A stretch of 64,000 nt of DNA from Bacteroidota bacterium. GTDB lineage: Bacteria; Bacteroidota; Bacteroidia; Cytophagales; Cyclobacteriaceae. Location of the stretch: positions 4,116 to 68,115 of the forward strand of contig JACZXH010000001.1 in assembly GCA_022571715.1 (NCBI GenBank), read 5' to 3'. The translations under genes were made by a program, and so were the position numbers. Shown in pieces: positions 58,890-64,000 of the stretch; within the stretch, counting starts at the first letter, position 1; every line of letters begins with the position of its first letter. The notes under the pieces were generated by a model. That model was not told the DNA's origin. It saw only the letters and a list, made by a program, of their open reading frames with translations, and made no database searches.

Positions 58890-59780
58890 TTGAATACATC
58901 AACCACCGCCAGTTATAAGTTAATAAAAAAGATAAAGGATGATAAGTTTGATGTTGACGAACTGCATCACTACAAATTGTCCATGCAAATAGGCACGCGC
59001 GATTTTCAGTTAATAATCGTTGACTCCAGAAAAAATAAAATCCTGTTGCTTGAAGATTATATACTTTCAAGTTCCAAAACATATAAAGAGCTGACAAACA
59101 CGCTTGATGATCTGTTTAATAACCATCATCTGCTAAAAGCAGGATTCTGGAAAACGGTAAAAATATCGTTTAAAAACAATAAATTCTCACTCGTACCGGC
59201 ACCGCTGTTTTCAGAGGATTCACTCTATGACTATCTGCGGGTAAATGCCCGGATCAACCCACAAACAGATGAGCTGCAATTCTATAAGCACATCCAGTGC
59301 GATGCAGTTAATGTATTTTCAGTAAATAAGTTGCTTTATAACTGGCTCGAATCAATGTATAAGCAAACAAGCATTGGTTATTTGCATCAGGCCAGTGGGC
59401 TTATTGAGGGTATTATGAGCCAGCTAAAACATTATCAGGACAATAACATTTTTTTATATATCGACCGGTTTAAGCTGCATATTATCACCACACGAGGCAA
59501 AAAGCTGGAATATTACAATCAGTTCTCGATCAAACAATTTTCCGATTACATAAAATATATCATGACTGTCATGAAAGGACTCGGTCACCACCAGAAAACA
59601 ACACCCGTGATTTTATGGGGATATATCGGAAAACAATCGCCGCATTTTAAGGAATTTTCGAAGTACATCAAAAACCTGACTTTTGGAGAGCGTCCGGATT
59701 TTCTTAAATTCGGGTACTTCTTTGATGAGGTCCAGGATCATCACTTTTTTGATCTTTATAGCCTCAATCAGTGTGATTAG
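58890..59780 (+). CDS. DUF3822-like protein
   Basis: A protein of about 296 aa immediately upstream of coaD. The N-terminal FDVDELHHYKLSMQIGTRDFQLIIVD pattern resembles DUF3822. The only available early start is a TTG. Confidence 0.4.
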   Translation: MNTSTTASYKLIKKIKDDKFDVDELHHYKLSMQIGTRDFQLIIVDSRKNKILLLEDYILSSSKTYKELTNTLDDLFNNHHLLKAGFWKTVKISFKNNKFSLVPAPLFSEDSLYDYLRVNARINPQTDELQFYKHIQCDAVNVFSVNKLLYNWLESMYKQTSIGYLHQASGLIEGIMSQLKHYQDNNIFLYIDRFKLHIITTRGKKLEYYNQFSIKQFSDYIKYIMTVMKGLGHHQKTTPVILWGYIGKQSPHFKEFSKYIKNLTFGERPDFLKFGYFFDEVQDHHFFDLYSLNQCD

Positions 59781-59794
59781 ATATAAGGAGGAGC

Positions 59795-60247
59795 ATGAAA
59801 AAAACCGCCATTTTCCCGGGTTCTTTTGACCCATTTACCAATGGTCATCAGGATATTGTTCTACGGGGATTGAATCTGTTCGATGAAATAATAATTGCAA
59901 TCGGCCATAACACAAAAAAAACGAGGTATTTCAAACTCAATGCCATGATTGACTACATCAGAATGGCATTTGACAATAACCCTGGCATAAATGTGATCAC
60001 GTATAACGAACTGACTGCATCGCTGGCCAAAAAGTACGATGCCAAATTTCTTTTGCGGGGGCTTCGAAATACCACAGATTTTGAATATGAAAACAGTATT
60101 GCCGAAATAAACAAGCACCTCAACCCTGATCTGGAGTCGGTTTTTCTTATTACATCACCTGAATATGCTTTTATCCGTTCTTCAATCGTCAGGGAAGTAC
60201 ATTTGTATGGTGGTGATATATCTGACTACCTGCCCTACGCACTCTGA
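59795..60247 (+). CDS. coaD: Phosphopantetheine adenylyltransferase
   Basis: FPGSFDPFTNGHQDIV (H/T-x-G-H nucleotidyltransferase motif), ..LLRGLRN..DFEYE.., and ISSSIVRE-like SSIVREV. Confidence 0.93.
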   Translation: MKKTAIFPGSFDPFTNGHQDIVLRGLNLFDEIIIAIGHNTKKTRYFKLNAMIDYIRMAFDNNPGINVITYNELTASLAKKYDAKFLLRGLRNTTDFEYENSIAEINKHLNPDLESVFLITSPEYAFIRSSIVREVHLYGGDISDYLPYAL

Positions 60248-60374
60248 GACTACCCGAAAAGGTGCCAGGTTTCACAACTCTTCATAAGATTATTACTATT
60301 TGTAATCTTGCTACAGACTATTAACTTGTGATATAAATGACTCTATTCCGGATTTGATTATATTTCAGACTCAT

Positions 60375-61061
60375 TTATAAGATATTTGCCGCTTTGGTTT
60401 TCTTTTTGAATTTCTGAAAAACATAGCGGATAGACTGATATGAATCTTTCAGACTATGAAACAGGTCTTTGGTTTTCAGCCACTTCACTTCCTCAATATT
60501 TTCTTCCTTTTGAGGTTTCATGTTGCTGTCATCCAAACATTCCATCGCATACCAGTTTGTTTTTTTTAGTATTTTTTTACCATTGAGTGAGTAGGTATGC
60601 CAGGTATTACAAATCTTTTTACCTGCTTCTACCTTTATATTACATTCTTCTTCCACTTCTCTTACTGCCGCTCTCCTGGGTTTTTCTCCTGCATCCAGCT
60701 TTCCTTTTGGCAAATCCCATTTTTTCAGCCGGTAGATCATCAGGATTTTGTCACCTTTTCGTACTACACCTCCCGCAGCCTTTACAATGCGGAAATGTGA
60801 TTTCAGATAATCTTTAGCAGTTATATAATTTTTAACAGCTATGGTGATAGATATTACCTGGTTGAAAACATTTACCTCGAGTAGTTCAATAATCTTGTCA
60901 ATATCTTTTATGCCTGCTCCGGTGACCAACACATTATGTATAAGTTTTTCAGGTATCAGTACTTCTTTTCCAATGTTTATATGCACTTGATAATGTTCTG
61001 GATCAGGATTGTCTGTATTTTTTATTATGTATAAAGGAATATCATTAAAAAAAACAATCAT
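60375..61061 (-). CDS. NUDIX hydrolase with N-terminal extension domain
   Basis: C-terminal Nudix box GKLDAGEKPRRAAVREVEEECN. The N-terminal region of about 90 aa has unknown function. Confidence 0.75.
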   Translation of the reverse strand: MIVFFNDIPLYIIKNTDNPDPEHYQVHINIGKEVLIPEKLIHNVLVTGAGIKDIDKIIELLEVNVFNQVISITIAVKNYITAKDYLKSHFRIVKAAGGVVRKGDKILMIYRLKKWDLPKGKLDAGEKPRRAAVREVEEECNIKVEAGKKICNTWHTYSLNGKKILKKTNWYAMECLDDSNMKPQKEENIEEVKWLKTKDLFHSLKDSYQSIRYVFQKFKKKTKAANIL

Positions 61062-61176
61062 GCTTATATTTCTAAATTTACACTCTATAAAATATTATAT
61101 CCAATTATCAAGGTCTGAACGACATGCTAACAAATATAATATAGATTCAGGTGATAATTTCTCTAAATTCGCAATC

Positions 61177-61815
61177 ATGACCGACACTGCCATATCCCGA
61201 ACTGTTGTAGAAATGCTCCTTGATATCGGAGCCATTAAACTGAATGTAAAAAGACCCTACACCTGGAGTTCAGGTTGGAAATCACCTATTTATTGCGATA
61301 ACCGGCTTTCTTTATCCTATCCTGATATAAGAGATTATATCAAAGAAAAACTTGCAGGGCTTGCCAGTGAAAAATTTCCTGACGCCGAAGCTATTGCCGG
61401 CGTGGCTACTGCTGGAATTCCACAAGGGGCACTGGTTGCTGATGAACTGCATTTGCCTTTTCTTTATGTACGTTCAAAGTCAAAGGGACACGGTCTTGGA
61501 AATATGATTGAAGGCAAAATCACAAAAAAACAAAAAGTAATTGTTGTTGAAGACCTTGTCTCAACCGGAAACAGTTCGCTGAAAGCAGCTGAAGCGCTTA
61601 AAAACGCCCGTTTTAATGTGTTAGGTATGCTGGCGATATTTAGTTACGGTTTTGATATTGCAGACCAGAACTTTGCTGCAGCAGGGCTGCCGCTCTATAC
61701 CCTGAGCAGCTATGCCGATATGCTGAAAGTTGCAAGGGAAAAAGGGATCGTGGGCGATAAAGATCTGATTCTGTTGAAAAGCTGGAGAGTGGATCCGGAA
61801 AACTGGAGAAGGTAA
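61177..61815 (+). CDS. pyrE: Orotate phosphoribosyltransferase
   Basis: The internal ATG at 61177 (MTDTAISRTVVEMLLDIGAIKLN..), ..WSSGWKSPIYCDNR.., and the PRPP-binding motif VIVVEDLVSTGNS. Confidence 0.92.
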   Translation: MTDTAISRTVVEMLLDIGAIKLNVKRPYTWSSGWKSPIYCDNRLSLSYPDIRDYIKEKLAGLASEKFPDAEAIAGVATAGIPQGALVADELHLPFLYVRSKSKGHGLGNMIEGKITKKQKVIVVEDLVSTGNSSLKAAEALKNARFNVLGMLAIFSYGFDIADQNFAAAGLPLYTLSSYADMLKVAREKGIVGDKDLILLKSWRVDPENWRR

Positions 61816-61924
61816 TAATTCAGTGGCGGTTTTATTTATGACTTCCTTAATATACCTATCTATAAAAGTTACCAGATTTTCCATTTGCAAAATAGAAACG
61901 GAAAGATAATGCTTTTGGATTTTC

Positions 61925-62146
61925 CTACTTCGTACTACCTGAATTAGCCAGCCCATCTGTCATTGCCTGCAGTCCTCCTGAATTCGAACTGTAACACATA
62001 CCAAGATCATCCACGTGGATAATTAATACTTTGTCAATTTTTTAAATCCGAGCTTCACCGCATATTTTTGTTGGCAAATAGCTTACACTGGGCACTGATA
62101 GCACCCATTAATCCAAAACAGTATAAAGTTAAAATCGTTTTTTCAT
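61925..62146 (-). pseudogene. Remnant of a YdjC/ChbG-like carbohydrate deacetylase gene (N-terminal fragment with in-frame stops)
   Basis: The frame from the ATG at 62146-62144 reads MKKRF*LYTVLD*WVLSVPSVSYLPTKICGEARI*KIDKVLIIHVDDLGMCYSSNSGGLQAMTDGLANSGSTK*. The segment LIIHVDDLGM....N.GG..A..DGLANSGS parallels the YdjC/ChbG N-terminus (LIvNADDFGLS...N.GI.EA...GivtStt). Only about 110 nt remain before the pyrE stop, so most of the gene is missing. Confidence 0.5.
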
Positions 62147-62184
62147 AGCAGGTATATATAAGAATAAACAGTTTGTGGAATTTA

Positions 62185-62961
62185 TTAAAATTGCTCCTCG
62201 ATCCCCAATCCAAACAATGCAAAATCATATTTCACTGGGTCATCAGGATCAAGTTTTTTCAGGTGGCTGGTAAGTTCCACAGCCGTACGCCAGTCAGTTT
62301 GCCTTCGCGTAATCAATCCGAGTTTACGTGCCACCCGGCCAACATGCAAGTCGCAGGGACATATTAATTGACTGGGTTTCAGTTTTTTCCATAAGCCAAA
62401 GTCAACGCCTGCATCATCATTTCGAACCATCCATCGAAGAAACATATTGATCCGTTTGCACGCCGAATTTCGCTCCGGTGTGGCGATGTGTTTTCTGGTA
62501 CGCTCCGGATAAACAGGCATACTGAAAAACAGACGGTGGAAATTAATCAGGATAGTTTCCATATGAACGTCCTGGCTGCCTCCAGTAAAAGCATCTTCCA
62601 GCGTATTATGACTATAATAATAACATTTAAAAAATTCAATAAAATAAAGAGTATCAGTGGCATTGAAAGTTCGGTGTTTGAAATCAAGAAAACCCTTCAG
62701 ATCCGCCTCATTGTGGTTTAAGATAAAGTCATACGGTGCATTGTCCATCCGCTTGAATAGCTCCGTACTCTTGTTAATAATAGTAGCCCGCCGACCCCAA
62801 GACAGTATAGCAGTCCAAAAAGCTGTAATTTCAATGTCCTGCTTGCTGGTAAACCTGTGAGGTATGGAAACAGGGTCGTTGGTGATAAAATCCGGCCGGT
62901 TATACGCTTCTACTTTCTCATCCAGAAATGCCTTCAGAGAATCGTATTCTTGCTCTTTCAT
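62185..62961 (-). CDS. TIGR02757/DUF2400 family protein
   Basis: A 258-aa ORF with ..FITNDPVSIPHRF..DIEITAFWTAILSWGRR.. and ..LICPCDLHVGRVARKLGL.., patterns characteristic of DUF2400. Confidence 0.7.
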   Translation of the reverse strand: MKEQEYDSLKAFLDEKVEAYNRPDFITNDPVSIPHRFTSKQDIEITAFWTAILSWGRRATIINKSTELFKRMDNAPYDFILNHNEADLKGFLDFKHRTFNATDTLYFIEFFKCYYYSHNTLEDAFTGGSQDVHMETILINFHRLFFSMPVYPERTRKHIATPERNSACKRINMFLRWMVRNDDAGVDFGLWKKLKPSQLICPCDLHVGRVARKLGLITRRQTDWRTAVELTSHLKKLDPDDPVKYDFALFGLGIEEQF

Positions 62962-63819
62962 CTACCCTTCAAAGTCAGCGATATGAAAGGCTTCTATGTG
63001 TCTCCCGTCAACATCTGTAAAACCGTACTCATGTGCAAGGTCACTGACAGCATACACGCCGCCACTTTTATGCATTACGGTGGAATCAGCAGCCAGAGCA
63101 GCTACCGCCCTACCGACATATTCCACCGAATGCGTTGTATTGAAATCTAAATATGTACTTGATTTCATAACGCGTTCAGTTCGTGTAAAACCAGGGTGTA
63201 TTGCCAGTGCGGCAACATTATACTTTCGTAATTCAAGTGCCATTCCCAGCGCCATCCTGTCCATTGCATTTTTTGCCGTATCATACATAGTGGAGTGGAG
63301 AAATTTCCCTTGATCACCTGCAGATATGTTGATGATCAATCCAGTTTTCCTTCTGATCATTAGACGTGCCGCCAGCCTTCCGGCTGTGAAATGTGCCCTG
63401 ACTCCAGCGTTAAACATCGCTCTCCATCTTCGCAGGGGCTGTTCCCAGAAGGGTGAGCTAAACGTTTCATCATGACCTTCATAACCACCCCATACATTGT
63501 TGACCAGCAAATCAAGCTTTCGTGAGCTGGAATCGATACGTCTAAATAGTTTCTCAACATCACCGTCATTCGTATGGTCGCAATACACAGCAATTCCCTT
63601 TCCACCTGCTTTATTCACTAATCTGGCTGTATCTTCAATGGTACCCGGCAATCCTTCTTTCTGCTCAGTTCCATTTTTCGATCTTCCGGTCACATATACA
63701 ATTGCACCGGCTTGTCCAAGTACTATTGCAATACCTTTTCCTATACCCCGGCTGGCGCCTGTAACCAAAGTTACCACATTATTAAGATCAGGCGCTGTGT
63801 AATCATCCGATGATTTCAT
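62962..63819 (-). CDS. Short-chain dehydrogenase/reductase (SDR)
   Basis: Cofactor motif VTGASRGIGKGIA, NNVW (the NNAG position), and catalytic Y-x3-K in YDTAKNA. It abuts the DUF2400 gene with no spacer. Confidence 0.85.
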   Translation of the reverse strand: MKSSDDYTAPDLNNVVTLVTGASRGIGKGIAIVLGQAGAIVYVTGRSKNGTEQKEGLPGTIEDTARLVNKAGGKGIAVYCDHTNDGDVEKLFRRIDSSSRKLDLLVNNVWGGYEGHDETFSSPFWEQPLRRWRAMFNAGVRAHFTAGRLAARLMIRRKTGLIINISAGDQGKFLHSTMYDTAKNAMDRMALGMALELRKYNVAALAIHPGFTRTERVMKSSTYLDFNTTHSVEYVGRAVAALAADSTVMHKSGGVYAVSDLAHEYGFTDVDGRHIEAFHIADFEG

Positions 63820-64000
63820 ATATTTATTACCATTTTCATGTTCATATAAAACGACATAAATCCACTTAACTAATATATCAGTGTTTTAAAAAATTTCAAT
63901 TCATATCTATCAATGAAAAATATATATCTTAATTCTAAAAATGTCAATAGAATTGACGATTTTGCCCTTAGGACAGACGAAAGCTATTGAAATGCAATGA

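Noticed and set aside
61009-61176. N-terminal extensions in the ORF track at five genes: pyrE at 61009, DUF423 at 54143, the lipoprotein at 10840, the thioesterase at 57706 and DUF1801 at 33706.
   Set aside because: The conserved family N-termini begin at internal ATGs. The upstream codons overlap neighbouring genes or AT-rich spacers.
61621-61956. A 111-aa minus-strand ORF overlapping the pyrE 3' end.
   Set aside because: It is mostly antisense to pyrE. Only its first few codons lie in the spacer, where the YdjC-like remnant gives a better explanation.
63941-64000. A 19-codon ORF (MSIELTILPLGQTKAIEMQ*) at the right edge.
   Set aside because: It is too short and terminates inside the window, so there is no basis for a call.
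1-64000. A by-eye search for CRISPR arrays, tRNA/rRNA genes, transposases, integrases, phage genes, reverse transcriptases and known defence-system genes.
   Set aside because: I found no regularly spaced direct repeats, no tRNA T-arm/acceptor patterns in the spacers and no recombinase-like ORFs. A tRNAscan/cmscan/HMM run is still needed to make this negative result firm.

Overview
Bacteroidota-type chromosomal segment. The phylum call rests on the lpxC-fabZ fusion gene, a PorX-type REC+PglZ regulator, DUF1573/DUF4296/DUF3822 genes and a murF-less dcw gene order. The window is moderately AT-rich and densely packed with about 60 genes. By eye I found no rRNA, tRNA, CRISPR array, transposase or integrase.

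Core blocks:
- A complete division/cell-wall cluster, mraZ-rsmH-ftsL-ftsI-murE-mraY-murD-ftsW-murG-murC-ftsQ-ftsA-ftsZ, on the minus strand (15.4-30.8 kb). It has a triple AAAGTGG direct repeat (MraZ-operator-like) upstream and a hairpin+U terminator downstream.
- valS.
- An overlapping porX-tsaE-AlaDH-like operon.
- HD hydrolase-lpxD-lpxC/fabZ-lpxA.
- mutS2.
- A partial Bat/aerotolerance-type cluster (DUF58-TM protein-BatA).
- yggS, coaD and pyrE.

The left arm (0-15 kb) looks more accessory. It holds a TonB-dependent receptor, an exported WD40-caspase protein followed directly by a GH5 lipoprotein, two TfoX-N paralogs, small lipoproteins and a LolA-like/MMPL exporter pair.

Reading the gaps in the ORF track revealed four decayed genes:
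- a cold-shock gene with in-frame stops;
- a GNAT gene with a 1-nt frameshift;
- a DUF1801 gene frameshifted in an A8 run;
- a truncated YdjC/ChbG-like remnant.

I did not find a convincing multi-gene novel system. The best leads are the exported WD40-caspase/GH5 pair, a small-ORF/nucleotidyltransferase overlapping module, and weakly similar GC-richer intergenic islands. All functional calls come from motif recognition by eye, with no database search.
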